A stretch of DNA of 55,777 bases, the filler included, from Sphacelaria rigidula (taxonomy: Eukaryota), in assembly GCA_964200075.2 (NCBI GenBank). It is 3 parts of 3 records of this genome, joined end to end, with 100 filler letters (N's around TTAATTAATTAA, not from the genome) between each part and the next. Parts side by side here need not be neighbours in the genome. Positions count along the whole stretch, not along the records: positions 1 to 18,526 come from CAXNAA020000844.1; positions 18,627 to 37,152 come from CAXNAA020000845.1; 1 more part is not named here. One strand, written 5' to 3'. Both the position numbers and the translations under genes were made by a program. The notes below the pieces were generated by a model. That model was given only the letters and a program-made list of their open reading frames with translations. It had not been told where the DNA came from and did no database searches. This document shows, in pieces, positions 12,401 through 24,559 of this stretch (position 1 is the stretch's first letter; each line of letters begins with the position of its first letter).

Positions 12401-15400
12401 CCTGCAGTCCAGTGCCGCCTGAGGCGGCATGCGGCAGGGAACAATCCAGAATATTAAGAACAGTGGCAACAAACAAGAGCTCGGAAAGAGCCCGAAGCAT
12501 CAGCGCCATCCTGCGGAAGTTTTGCTAGTTTGTTGAACACAGCGGGCCGCCTCCTGACCGGCGATTTTCTCCCACCTCACCCCACTCATATTGCTGCCGC
12601 ATCACACACGCGCAATCTGCCACAAGCACAAGTTGGATATTACTTCGTATGTATTTACGCCTGTTAGCCCCATCTACATGCCCCCCTCTCGACCTCCTTG
12701 TGCCGCATCGTCGCAGGTGGTCCTGTGCGGATCCAGGAGAAGCGTGACTCCGTACAAACCTACGCTGCGCTCGTTTGGGCTGGGTACGCACCTGTTCCCT
12801 GATAGTCGCCTTCCAAGCGCTGTACTTGTAGGGACAGAATGTGCCCAGTAAGCTGAATAGGTACGTCCTCACCTGCCGATATATAGCAACAGATTGACAC
12901 CGTGGGTGTCGGAGCACATGGGCAAAAGTCGGGGTAAGAGCTAGCGCAGATAAAGTAGGGTATCTGCCACTGATGAGGGCTGAAACACGTCCCGCCTGCA
13001 AATATCGGACGACTTCGACGGCATGTGAGCACCAGTATGGCCGAAATAGCTGCAATATGTTCCCACGGTATTTTCGCCTTTTCGTGTGTATGAGTGCACG
13101 TGATGTTTTGTGCAAGACCTTCTTCACCTGAAGTTAATGCTGCAGGGGCCAGTCATTTCTAGTTTTATTCCGGCATTGTTTCATTCACGTATTCATACTG
13201 TATTTACATGTATTCCCACCTCTTCTCCGTTCATTTTGTCTTGTCTGCTTGGTTTCGTTTTGTTCTTCTTGCTGTTCGTTTCCGTTGTTTTGTTCTTCAG
13301 TTCTGATCCGTTCGCTCGTATTATCTGTTGGTTCTTCCCACTTAATTTCTATTTGGCGAGCGCTTCCGTTTCGTTTTCCTTGGGTACGTCTAACTTGTGG
13401 ATAATAACCATGGCTGGTCTCGCAGAGATCAGTAGATTTGCGAAGACCAATCGAAGTCCATTAAATTATCCGGTGTGGCGCACCGGTTTGCAAAAAAGCT
13501 CACCTGATTCGCTTGGACGTTCGCCAACATGCCGAAGAACTCCCCGCGAACACGTAGCCGCTTCCCTCTGCCTCCAGGCATGATCTCGCGGTTGAGGATG
13601 AGCGTTTGGAATATATCAGGAAACTCAACGCGAAAGGTGCCCTCTTCAACCTGAAACGTGAACATATTTGAGTCGCGAATGAATAATCAGAGAAGGAGGC
13701 GTCGGGTCGCCGGCAATATCCCCCTTGCCATTTCTTTTCAGAAAAAACTAATTGGCACCGTTGGAACTTGGAGGAATCATGCCAATGAAAACCAAACAAA
13801 GCTTCCCGTTGAAAGTTCGATCAGTGAAACGGAGCTATGACGAACCAATCGCTCATTTTTCAGTCATGGCACACACAAGATAGTTTCCAACTCCGGTGCA
13901 ACTACGAACAGCCCGCCATGACCTGCCGAAGACCATAAACCCGACGGTCAACACATGGCGGATATCAGCTATTTCTCGCCGCCCGTCCTATGCTGCGTCA
14001 AATCGCACCGTTATGGCCGGGCATTCGGGACTGCGGGATATCTCGTTGTGAGCGTCCACGTAAAACAGCACCCCAGCCACCGAAAATTCGTGCGGCGTAG
14101 CGCCCAGTGACTCCGGCTCCTTCTCCCCCGGCTCACATGAGAAGTGATCAACCAGCATGCCGAAACAGTGACCCTCCCAGCGATCGTCGATTCTGATAAG
14201 AACACGCCGTTAGACGGGGAAATAGGCAGCGATTTAGGGGAATGTTACACCTTGAGCGGCTTGGTTGAGTTACCCATCTGCCCATGCGTCATGATTGTGT
14301 TCGAGGTATGCTTTCCTTTGCGTTCGGAGAAATTGCAGCGAGTTTACTGATTCATGATGCTGCTGGGGGCGCACGTCGCTCAGCCAAATACAGCACGAAT
14401 GCCTATTCATGTTAATCTTTGACAAACTGTTTCACTTCCCAAGTCCGAAACTGCGTTCAGCTCGCGCCTACAAGCAGCAGGCCATCTATGCGCCCCACAC
14501 CGAAAACTGAAAGCGCATCGAGTTTCAACTGTATGTAGAGCACCACCGGTGCGTGGAACTGGCTCTTACAAACCTGGACCCCTGGCCTCGCACATGGCAT
14601 CTCACCTCAGGTGAACATCCTTCACCACAAAAGTGATGTTGTTGATGAGGCTATCTACAATAAAACCCCACTTTTTCATTCTCCTCCCGTACGTCCCCTC
14701 GATGAGGGCCTGGACGTAGTCGGCCGCCCACCGTCGAAACTTGATCGCTTTTTCATAGTAGAATGCCTGACGAGGTAAAGAACACGCCCGGAAAAAAACG
14801 TGCGTAGCCAAAGTGCGAGCTGTTGAGAACACGCCCAGAACATGCGTTGCAGAATTGCGAGCTGAGCAAGGTGAAGAGCAAACCGATCGCGGTGTCATAC
14901 ACAAGCGCATCGTGGTATCACCACCAGGACAGCACGAAATGTGCGACCGTATGCAGCACAGCCGGGGACAAAAATGGCGACGAGTGCCTCCGGCTTCCGA
15001 GTTTAACGGAAGCTTGACCTGGGCCAGAGTTCCTAGCATTCAAATTTCCTTGCCTGAAATCGAGTCTATATTGGGACCTTGCTCCCAAGCACCTGCAGAG
15101 CAATGCGTCGACCTATCGATCTGAGTGCTGCGGGAAAAATGTGGCTTTTTCTCCAGTGTGATGAAATCAGTTCTTGTTCCGCACCTCATCCCATTCGTCC
15201 TCGTGCGTCCTTCGTCCGAACGCCCGCAAGCCAACCACCGTCGCCTTCACAGACCCTAGCCGCAGTAGCTCCGCTGGAGAGATACACACCCTCAGCATCT
15301 CCGCCCTGCAACTCTCGACCTTCATTGGAATCGGGCCGTGCATATATCTACCTCGACGGGCACAAGACAGCAGCATTTGGACGTGATCGTGGTAGTGTGA

Positions 15401-16560
15401 AGCTAGCTGTGCAGAGAGATGTTAAAGGTCGAGTAAATAGCTAAACAGCGTCAGCGGAGGCTGCGTACATGTTTTGAAGGGCAAAGCGAGTCGTGAAAGC
15501 ATGGGAACAGCTCGGGAATGTATACTTGGGAGCATAGTGTTCGGAAAAGAAGCGCCACTACTCAGCCAGAGCAATCGCGCACCATGAACGGCGTGATTGA
15601 TGTTGCTCGCAACTGTAGCGCTACCAACGAGAGGATTCGCGTATATAACGGCGGCAGTTGGTGGTGCCTACAAGTGCAGAATAACTTGCGGGTGAACGAG
15701 TCACAGTCACAGCACCTACAACAAACATGGCACCTAGCCCCATTGATGGTACGCCACCCTACTTGACCAAACACGAGTACAAATAAGTGTAAGGTACGAC
15801 TAGTTGATACCACCGCAAAATATTGTACGTACCTGTTAACCAGAGCAACCAGCCACTGCGATGCAATCGGTCGGTGAATCACCAAAAACATCTGGCCATC
15901 CACCCATTCCACGACCAAACGCCGCTGCCGCCTCCGCTGCATTCGCCCTCCCCCCCGCGCGGCTATCTCTTCCCCCTCCCGCTGCTTACGCCATCGATCG
16001 TGCCGGCACTCCGCCAGCCGTCCTTCCGCCCACTCTCTGCCAATTCTAACTGCTCTTCGCTCGCCCCGCATCCCCGTCCAGCTTTCGTTCTCCTCTTGGT
16101 CATCATCGTCCGCCATCATACCGCTTAATCGAATCACTTCAACCGCCGCTACCTGGACCGTAAAGCCCAGCAGCAAAGGGCAGTACCTCGCGCCTGCCCA
16201 GACAGAGAGGCCCAGAAAAAGAAGAATTGCCGGCGCCGAGAATGTAATGGCGAGGAGAACACCAGCGACGCCGCCCCGAAGGACGGAAAAGACAACGGTA
16301 AAGACTACGGCGACGACCACAGCTGCTGCGCATCCGGTTACGGCAACGGCTGTGGAAGAAGACGGCGTTGGCTGTAGCATTGATCGTGGCGACTGATCCT
16401 GTTGTTGCTGCTGCGTCTGTTGCCTATCCGACTCATCATCCTGATGCTGCCGCTGCTGCTCCTCTTTTTCCTCTTGTAGTTGCTCTTGTTGTTGCTCTGG
16501 CATTTTGCCTCGTCCTGCCTTGCTGTTACAGGTGATATCGATGTTGTTGATGATGTTCAT
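401..16560 (-). CDS. Multi-exon VPS13/chorein-family bridge-like lipid transfer protein; 3' end probably runs off the window start
   Basis: In-frame GT-AG exon chain 16560-15833, 15347-15185, 14766-14606, 14192-14009, 13650-13504, 12872-12792. It gives chorein-N-like motifs (WLVALVNRY, PIPMKVESCRAEMLRVCIS, IVDSLINNITFVVKDVHLRIDDRWEGHCFGMLVDHFS). Exon 11905-11753 (ELERHMSYRDILLLRKEAR) resembles the VPS13 'LE..LS..DI...R..A' motif. Large Gly/Ala-rich exons lie at about 8560-10590 and 6810-8390. Smaller downstream exons are only partly resolved. Confidence 0.8.
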
Positions 16561-17798
16561 ACTGTCGTCGCCGTCACCGTTGTCGTCGTTGTTGTTGCTG
16601 TTGGCGAGTTATTCATCGCTTATCGAAGAACAACGGCGAGCGATTTTGGGTTATTCGCGTAGTGCGGCCTCCTTGCGCTGGCGTCGAATGCTTCAGCTGA
16701 AAACCAACCCACATTCCCTTCGTGCCACAGCTATGCGCCTCAAGCAGAACCTATTGCAGCATGCAAACGGTCTGAACTTAGGGACGAGCCTCCCTGGTGA
16801 CCGGCGGTGCCCTACCAGACTCTCAGATGGATCCTCCGTATATCGGTGTGGACTTGTCCGTCGTTGCTGCAAGAACTGAACTAGTCCAACACTATTGCCA
16901 TGTCTTTTCGGTAACGGCCAGCCTGTTGAAGGGTTATCCTTCACTCCTGCGTCCTACTGTTGTCGGGTTGACTGCCTGTACCAAATGAGTTTTACTCGGC
17001 TGTGCTTGCATACGTAACGTCTTACACGAGTAGCGAAGAGTGCAGGTCCTGGAGTGCTGCAGGAGACCCTCTACTGTGCCGCCGCTTGCTTGTATTCGGA
17101 AGCGTTTTGGTCTCGCTGCAGCATGCACGCTACTGTACGTCTCCCGCACGTTGCTATTGATCGGCGTGTTCAGCAGATTCTGCCGCAAACAACCTATCCG
17201 TAGACAAGCACAACAGCTATCTCGCGTGGACTTGCTTCTGTGGTCAAATAACTTCAACGAGACAGCCTTAGCCGACTGCAACGGCCTGTGCAGAGCAACA
17301 GTACAACAGTACAGTAGTGTAGGAGAAGTTGCCGTAACCGTTTTGAAAACAGTACAGGCCAACACAAGGAACAAATACGTCCTAACTTTCAATGCGTAGT
17401 TACGCTCGTTGACAGTATCGATGGGACTTTTTTCAGCACGGTCGGTGGCAAAAAAATCAAGTTCAGTCCTAGACCGAAGTAGAAAGCAAATTGAATCAAA
17501 GACAGACCTTGCCAACCCACCTGAGGCCTACACAGCGAGCTGGCTCTAGCAATGTAGTACACGATGTCATTTTGAAAGAGTGTCATTTTCCAATTTGTAC
17601 CAGTATCATAGTGTCATGCTACTTACTCGGTGTGGACGGATGTGGGCACCGTACACAGCACACCCGATGATAGCAGGGAGGCCTTGAGGGTACGCAGTGA
17701 ACACCAAGCAACAGCGCACGCGATTTTTGTGCTCCAACCTTCTGCTCTACGGAAATAGCTTATTTTGCCATCTCCAACAAAGCATTGCACACAGTAAA

Positions 17799-17922
17799 AT
17801 GGCTGAGGATGGAGCTAACCCTAAGGCTTACCCTCTGTCAGGAGCGGACCTTACTGTGACCATACTGGACCTCATCCAGCAGGCCTCCAACTACAAACAG
17901 CTGAAGAAGGGCGCTAATGAGG
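17799..17922 (+). CDS. SNU13: SNU13/NHP2L1 (15.5K, L7Ae family) coding exon 1; remaining canonical exons not in this contig
   Basis: [41 protein letters not shown] matches the Snu13 N-terminus (NPKAYPL...ILDL.QQ..NYKQL.KGANE). It is followed by a phase-1 donor G|GTGGGT. Confidence 0.93.
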
Positions 17923-18526
17923 GTGGGTTTTCTATTGGTGTTCAAGTTCTGAGACTTGTTATAAATTCCACGTGAAGAATGAACTGCCAAAAAAGTTGTT
18001 GATACTCTAGCACTTTCACCAAACAACGCGGCCGAACGGTCGACATATTTTCATGTGTTCGACACCAATACACTACAGACGGATCGTGACTGCAAATCGT
18101 CTCGGCAAAATGACAAAATAACATAACAAGCTCTTCTCGAAGCCCCGCCACCAGGCGTTTGGCGCAATGGCAGTGATGACGAAGATTGGAAGATCAGGCT
18201 CAACGGGGGGGACGAATTCATTCAGGGCTATTCATGTTCCCCCCGTTTTACGTTTGTTGCTGACTCAAGGTTTTCCCCCCCTGGCGTCGTCCCAGACACA
18301 AAACTGTCGGATACACTGTAATAGGTCGGCCGGTATCTAGTCTCTGCTCAATCAATGAGAGTGAGGCCGCTCCTTACTAACCCTTTTGGACCGGGCCTCC
18401 AGAACGACCAAGAGGCTGATCAGGAATGACGTGTCTGGCGTCCAAACAAAACAGTGGCGTGCTGCTGAAAATCCGCGTATGTAACTGCAGGGTTATGACG
18501 AAGACCGAAAGTTTCATCTAGTCTAT

Positions 18527-18626
18527 NNNNNNNNNNNNNNNNNNNNNNNNNNNNNNNNNNNNNNNNNNNNTTAATTAATTAANNNNNNNNNNNNNNNNNN
18601 NNNNNNNNNNNNNNNNNNNNNNNNNN
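18527..18626. other. Artificial contig-joining linker
   Basis: 44 N + TTAATTAATTAA (stops in all six frames) + 44 N. Confidence 0.97.
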
Positions 18627-18957
18627 TTCTCTAGACACTCACAAGTTCTTCCCGTCTCTCCGCATGCCTCTCCGGCCCACCTGACGCGGGCGGGGACAAC
18701 AACTTGTCCTGTAATTAATGCTGAGAAACTAGCTCTCAGCCATACGCGTCCACTGTGCGCGCGTCAGAGAAGATGAGCGGTTGGCTCCAGGAGATCGCAA
18801 GCAGCACTGTATATTGCAACCGTTTTGATATAATCGGACAAAAAATATTTTCAAGGGTGTTTACCCCGGTTTGAAATCGTCATCCAGCAGCCTGGTACAC
18901 GATGCCGCCTTTCTACCTTCTTTGGGAGACAAACTCAAGACAATATATAGCCTCAAT

Positions 18958-20579
18958 CACCTCGCCGACTCTTCCCACTCGCTAGACGGCGCCGCGGAAG
19001 GGGCGGATCCTCGAGACTGTGAATCTGGGCCCATCGATGCCCTCGAGTCGGAAGCCCCACTCCCATGAAAAAAGCTGTAGAACGAATTACGCAGGGCTTT
19101 CACACTCCCGCGTCGAGACTGCCTCGTTCGGCGATAGGAAGCGCGGACGAGCAACACGTGGATACTTCGTCAGCACTTTCTAGTAACTGAGCATCCGGGG
19201 GTAATACTTCAGTCTCACCACACCCTGTATCCCCCGGCAGAACCAGCCCTTCTGGCAAAATAGAGATTGCTACGAGGTAACGCAACAGCCAGAGAAAGGA
19301 GTGAGACAACTCGTGCTCAGGGGGGGGGGTACTCGTGCTCAGGGGGGAAATAATAAAACCCATGCTTTTAATGCGGGGACGTTTCGAACCCCCTACTCCC
19401 CTACCGCCCTCCTTCCAACACGGTACGATGAAACACGGCAACAACGGGAACAGGCATTGAGACCAGCCAGGCTCGGGGGGAAGTGAGCGATGTTTGCTGC
19501 TGCTCATATTTTCGGGAAGCATCGTCCAACCAGGTGGTCGTCACGCACCCCCAACCCTCCGCTGTGTCGCAAGACTCGACGCTAGAGTCACCTCATTTTG
19601 ATGGCTGTTGCCGGAACCCTGATCACGCTGCTGCTGCTGCTGCTGCTGCTTCGGCGGCCCAGCAACCGAAACAGTAACCGGCGGCGACGACAACAAGAGA
19701 GGTCGATTATCGATTGAGGTCCCGGTCGAAGCCTCGACTCCCGATATCTCCGGGGCCAACGCCGCCGGCGGTGGTGAAGGAGAAGAGGGAGACACCGCAT
19801 CTTCCAGCGACTGCGGCTGTTGATGCTGGGGCGACGTGTTAAGCTTTTTGGTGGCGTGGGGATCCAGTTCTGCCGGGTCCCCCTCGGGAATAGTAGCAGC
19901 ACCTTCATCTCGTCGAAGCGGAGGGCTGGCACGCCCGCCAGCGCCGCCAGGGGCATGGCTGAGGGACTGCAGAAGTACACGACCGGTTGGCCGTGGCGGG
20001 GAGTTGATCCCGCTCTTGCCGCTCGCTGCGGACAAACTTGTGGGGGAGTGGAGAAACCCCAGACCGTCCGTGGGGGTAATCCTGAGGATGAGGTATGCGT
20101 ATATGTTACGGAAACCTGACGCATCAGTGCACGTTTCAGTTTCATTGTTCTCTGTAGTGTAAGACAGAGCTATCGGTCGTGAAACTCAGGGAGTCGGCGA
20201 GTGGTATGAGCATATGAGTTGGTGTACCGATGCGACACCAGCCAAATTGTGTGCACACTTTAATAAGCACGCGTGTGTGTTGTATGAGAAACGCACGCAT
20301 CCGACGGCATTTTTTCGCGCTCGGGTTTTCATCCTCTCTCTCACCTCAAGACCTCTGCATCGCGCGACAATATGCTGCTGCTGTCGTTGTTATTCAGGGT
20401 TGAAGTTGGAGAGAGTTGCTCGGTCAGATGCTCCAGGTCGCCGATGCTCTTGTTGACGAAGTCACCGAACGCCGCCCTCGGCGCGAGAGTGGGAGGCGAC
20501 ACTATCCCTGCTGTGTCGGTCATGGTCGTGACGGTGGCGTCGATTGTTGGTGTGGCTGTGTTGCAGAGCTTGCCCGCCG
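18958..20579 (-). CDS. Internal exons of an unidentified low-complexity (Ser/Pro/Gln-rich) protein gene
   Basis: Exon 20579-20345 is bounded by TAG and GTGAGA (…PRAAFGDFVNKSIGDLEHLTEQLSP…). Further open segments lie at about 20040-19590, 19270-19165 and 19075-18960, with GT donors. No recognisable domain. Confidence 0.5.
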
Positions 20580-21251
20580 CTAGGTTTACAGGATGATGAG
20601 GACAACAACATGTCACCGGTAGCCTGTGCATGTGCGCGTGCGGTGGAAAAGAAAAAAGCGTGTGAAAAGGGGGCGTTCTGTCGTCTACAGAAACGGGGTA
20701 ATAGGTTACCCCGTCTGTGCAGTAGGTAGAGGCAGAGGGAGAGACGCGGGATGCAAAGTTATGATTGGCCACCGAAAAAAAAAAATGAAACTTGTATTGA
20801 CCAGTGCTCCTTGGTTGACGGCTCACGACAATCATGCCATTTTGGTGCGGGGGAAATGTTGGACATGGATAACGTCAGGCGGCGGACTTTGCCACTTTGG
20901 TTCACATCATTCACGCTGCCACGGCCCTTCGTCGGTATTTTACAAAGAAAAAGGTAGTGCAGGGAGTGATTTTAGCCGACTAGTGTGGGGGATGTTGTAC
21001 ACCATGCGTCACACACATAGCGCGTGTCCTGAGTGACCATTCAGGCCAACACCCCCCACAGAAGAAAAAGTTTTTTGGTGAGGAAATGAAGCCCCTGCTT
21101 GCCCGGTCGCCATCGATTTACAAACGTTTTGGTCCTTGCTTAACTTCGCGGATTTTGCTTTTGTCCGTCGTGTTGATGAGGCGGGATTGAAACCTAGGGC
21201 ATTACGTTCACAAAGCAATTAGACTCGTAATCTTGGTGTGTGTGGTTGACT

Positions 21252-21345
21252 CATTGACTGATTGGTTGATTGGTTGATTGATTGTCGCACGTTAACTGAT
21301 AATCGAGGGGGGCGGCTATGGTCATCATCCACAAGATAGACCGCA
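21252..21345 (-). mobile_element. 3' end of a non-LTR retroelement (LINE/SINE) with (CAAT/CCAA)n tail, copy 1
   Basis: Minus strand reads CTTGTGGATGATGACCA…ATCAGTTAACGTGCGACAATCAATCAACCAATC. The same motif occurs at about 23035-23110. Confidence 0.55.
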
Positions 21346-21452
21346 CCCAGGGTAAAACGAGACGGGAACCCTCGCTGAAGAAAAAGAAAAGTTTCCTCTA
21401 CAATCACCCGTGCTAATTACCCCCTGGATATACATGAAGGAGTTCCCTCGGC

Positions 21453-22125
21453 CTCCACACATGATCATCACATGAACCGTTCACTGACGTAGCTAACGTG
21501 CGAAGAGCGTTCGCTCTGTGAATATTCGCAATATTTTATCCCTCGTATGTATCTCCTTCATCGGTACCCTCCGCCGCAGAAACCAGTAGATTTGGGACAA
21601 ACACGAGGTGGAACATACGGAGAGAACTGAAGAACAAGAACAAGAACAAGACAAAAATAATTTTAGAAAAGCAAAACCAAGCGGAAAAGGGGAAGGGGAA
21701 GGAACGGAGAAGAACTGGTGACAGAAGAGAAAGGAAACAAAGCCGGCCGTTATGATGGCACAAAAGGGTAAAGACAAAAATTATCCCAATAGTTGAAGGT
21801 AAAAATGGCCGGCCCCTGCAGCATGGCTTCAGATAAAAAAAGCCGTGCGCAAGAAGCACATGCCTGCACCTAAACACAACTTGTGGTCAATGCGAAAATG
21901 GTGGGTTTTTTCCTCTACAGTCGCCTGTGCTAATTTCCTCCCTCGATATACATATATATATATATATAAATATATAGTAGTCTCCACAGTCTCCACATGA
22001 TTATCACGTGAAGCTTTCACTGGCGCAGCTCACGTGCGAAGAGCGTTCGCTTTGTAGACATTCTTGATATTTTATCACTCGTATGTATCTTTATGTCGGT
22101 ACACTTCACCGCGGATACCCGTAGA
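21453..22125. repeat. Two diverged direct copies of a ~135 bp segment (21453-21590 and 21991-22125)
   Basis: Shared CTCCACA…ATCAC.TGAA…AGCT.ACGTGCGAAGAGCGTTCGCT…ATATTTTATC.CTCGTATGTATCT…GTAGA. Confidence 0.8.
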
Positions 22126-23032
22126 GTGAAATTTTGGATACCTCTGCACCCCCAATCTCTCCTCCCTTGTGAATATTTTCAACTCTTGGACACCCAAATG
22201 GTGACAAATCTACTACCCTGAAATCGCATTGGTATCACAGTGCAAGTCGACGTCGAACTCGAGTAGTTGTGCAACCACGGTGGCTCAAGTAGAAGACCTG
22301 AACTAACACCAAACCAATAGCAAAGACCAAGCAATTTGACAGCGAAGTACTGAGATCAAGTCGTTGCCGATTATACAGGGTAACAGCAAGTAAATGTTTA
22401 CAAAACAAATTGTGCTCGTATCAGAAGCATAGTAGCTATATTAGAGAGTTTCGGGAAACGCTTTTGTGTCATTTCAGAGTGCAAATATCTCAGGAACAGA
22501 GTGCAAGATTAAAAAGAAAAAACTCATCAAAAAGAGTGAAGGGGATTCCACATTTGACGGAGAGAGAAATACTTTCTCGTTACACTCTGATCCTGAGATA
22601 TTTGCACTCTGGAATGACAAAAAAAAAGCGTTTTCCGAAACTCCCTATTACACTAACCGAGAGGTGTATTTAAGTGTCCTCAACTATTGCAATCCGTGAC
22701 ACCATATTATCATCAAGCACTTTCCACCAACCACCGCACTAGTTCTTGTAATGGGACTCGCGGCTCAAACATGGAAGATTCTCGGCCAACCACACTTGAT
22801 GAACACCGCTCCTGTGGTGTAGGCAGCATGTCACTGCAGTGACGATTTGTAAATGATATTATCCCGCACTGAATGAGGTACACAATCAGTGTAAAAACGT
22901 AGATGCAACAAAACCCGAGCAGCGCCGTACCAGGAAGGCAAAAATAAATTATCGAGAGACAGTAATAAATATGTATAAATACGTATACGTTAATAGATAT
23001 GTATAAATATGTATATATTATGTTTATCGTTA

Positions 23033-23650
23033 TTCGTTGGTTGGCTGGTCGGTTGGTTGTTGCACATTGACTGATCCCCAAGGGGTCCCGACCTGGTCAT
23101 CATCCACAAGACGGACGTGCGCAAAATTCATAAAACGAAAACACTTGCTGAAGAAAACGCGAAGAAAAGGAGAAGACGCTGCAAGAAAGATAGGGACAGA
23201 CGGAGTACATTGAAGAAAAACCGGAGACAAACGACGCAAAAAAAAAAAGGAGGACAGAAAGGGGAAGGGAAAAGGCGGGAGAATAAGAACACAAATAGCT
23301 GGTTTTGATTGAAGTAAAAGACCTGATGACAAATAGAATAGACCGGGAAGGAAAGACGACAGAAAAGAAAAAGAAGAAGAAAAAAGGAGAAAAAAGGAAG
23401 GAAGGAAAAAATAGATAAGGAACGGGAAATAGGCGGTACATGTACGCGGCTCCAAGTATAAGATAGATCGCGCGAGAAACAGAACAAAAAGTGCCGAGGA
23501 AGCTATTTGGTACATACAGGGTACCAAAATAAGGCAAAGGAAACGAAAAAGAAAGACCGACCAAATCAAAGAAGGGGAAATGGAGGAGAGAACGAAAAAA
23601 TGAGTGGAAAAACATTAAAGTTCGAAGGGCACATATCCCGAAAACAAATC
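23033..23650 (-). mobile_element. 3' end/UTR of a non-LTR retroelement with (CCAA)n tail, copy 2
   Basis: Minus strand shows a long T/C-rich tract, then CTTGTGGATGATGACCAGGTCGGGACCCCTTGGGGATCAGTCAATGTGCAACAACCAACC. The 5' limit is approximate. Confidence 0.55.
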
Positions 23651-23799
23651 ATGACCCGCACATGGAGCACTGCGCGGTCGGCGGCGAGAGAGGGACGCCC
23701 AATCGTTGTCTTTCCTCTCTGCTCTCTTCCTCTTTCTCGGGGTCTCGTTCGCACAAGCGTTCTCCTTCCCGGCCATTCACGCCCCCATGAATAGCGTCG

Positions 23800-24559
23800 C
23801 TCCGTATTCCGCTTGATCGTGCGTTTTGAATACACTGTTTTGGACGCTTTTTTTTCAATTTTCAAGTTCGATCCCGAATTTCGTCGGGTCATCGGTTTCA
23901 CAAGCCCGTCCCTGCGTTTCCTTCTCCCCCTTTGCACCCCCTCCCCCTCCCGTCAAAGTCTGGTCCGGCGAAAACCCGGCGTGCTCCGTCCCGGCTTTGT
24001 AGGGATACGAGGTCAATGGTCATACGACGACGGCACGCAAGATCATGAGTACAACCCTTTCCGTCAGAAGAGACGCCGCCCGTAATAATCTTGGGACCCA
24101 CGTTCCTTGTCTAGTATTGCGATTTCGTCTGGCGATCAAGAGGCTCCTCTCTGCAAGGGCGTCTCGATACTCGCATTTCCTCTTCTCAAGTCGGTGGCTC
24201 TGCGGTACCCACTGGTGTGTGTCCGTATCTACTCTGCTGCCCTGAATCCCTCGGGCTTTTATTCCCTTATTTTCAATTATTTTATTCCATTTTGTTTTTG
24301 CTGTTTTTGTTTCCTCTTATTTTTCCTTTTCTTTTGTTTTAGGTCGGCCATTGATTTCTGTGCTTTGTTTTTGTTGACTTGAAAAACAAAAGAAACGTCC
24401 TAGTCTACTATGTCGTTATGTTCGACTTTTTCCTGTCCCTTCTTCTCTTCAACGAGTGTGTCAGCTTTGCTTTGCTTTGCTTAGGAACATCTACCATGCG
24501 ACCACGGCTGGACCCCTAGGGGGTCACTTGAAGTGCAACAATCAATCAATCAATCGATC
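23800..24559 (+). mobile_element. 5'-truncated non-LTR retroelement with (CAAT)n tail, copy 3
   Basis: T-rich tract, then GACCACGGCTGGACCCCTAGGGGGTCACTTGAAGTGCAACAATCAATCAATCAATC, a related terminus with a GACCCC/GGGGTC hairpin. The 5' limit is approximate. Confidence 0.55.

Noticed and set aside
18571-18582. TTAATTAATTAA as a biological motif
   Set aside because: It is centred in N runs and repeated identically at 37197-37208, so it is an assembly linker.
23030-23615. Phe/Leu-rich 'membrane protein' ORFs
   Set aside because: Translation of low-complexity T/C-rich retroelement UTR sequence.
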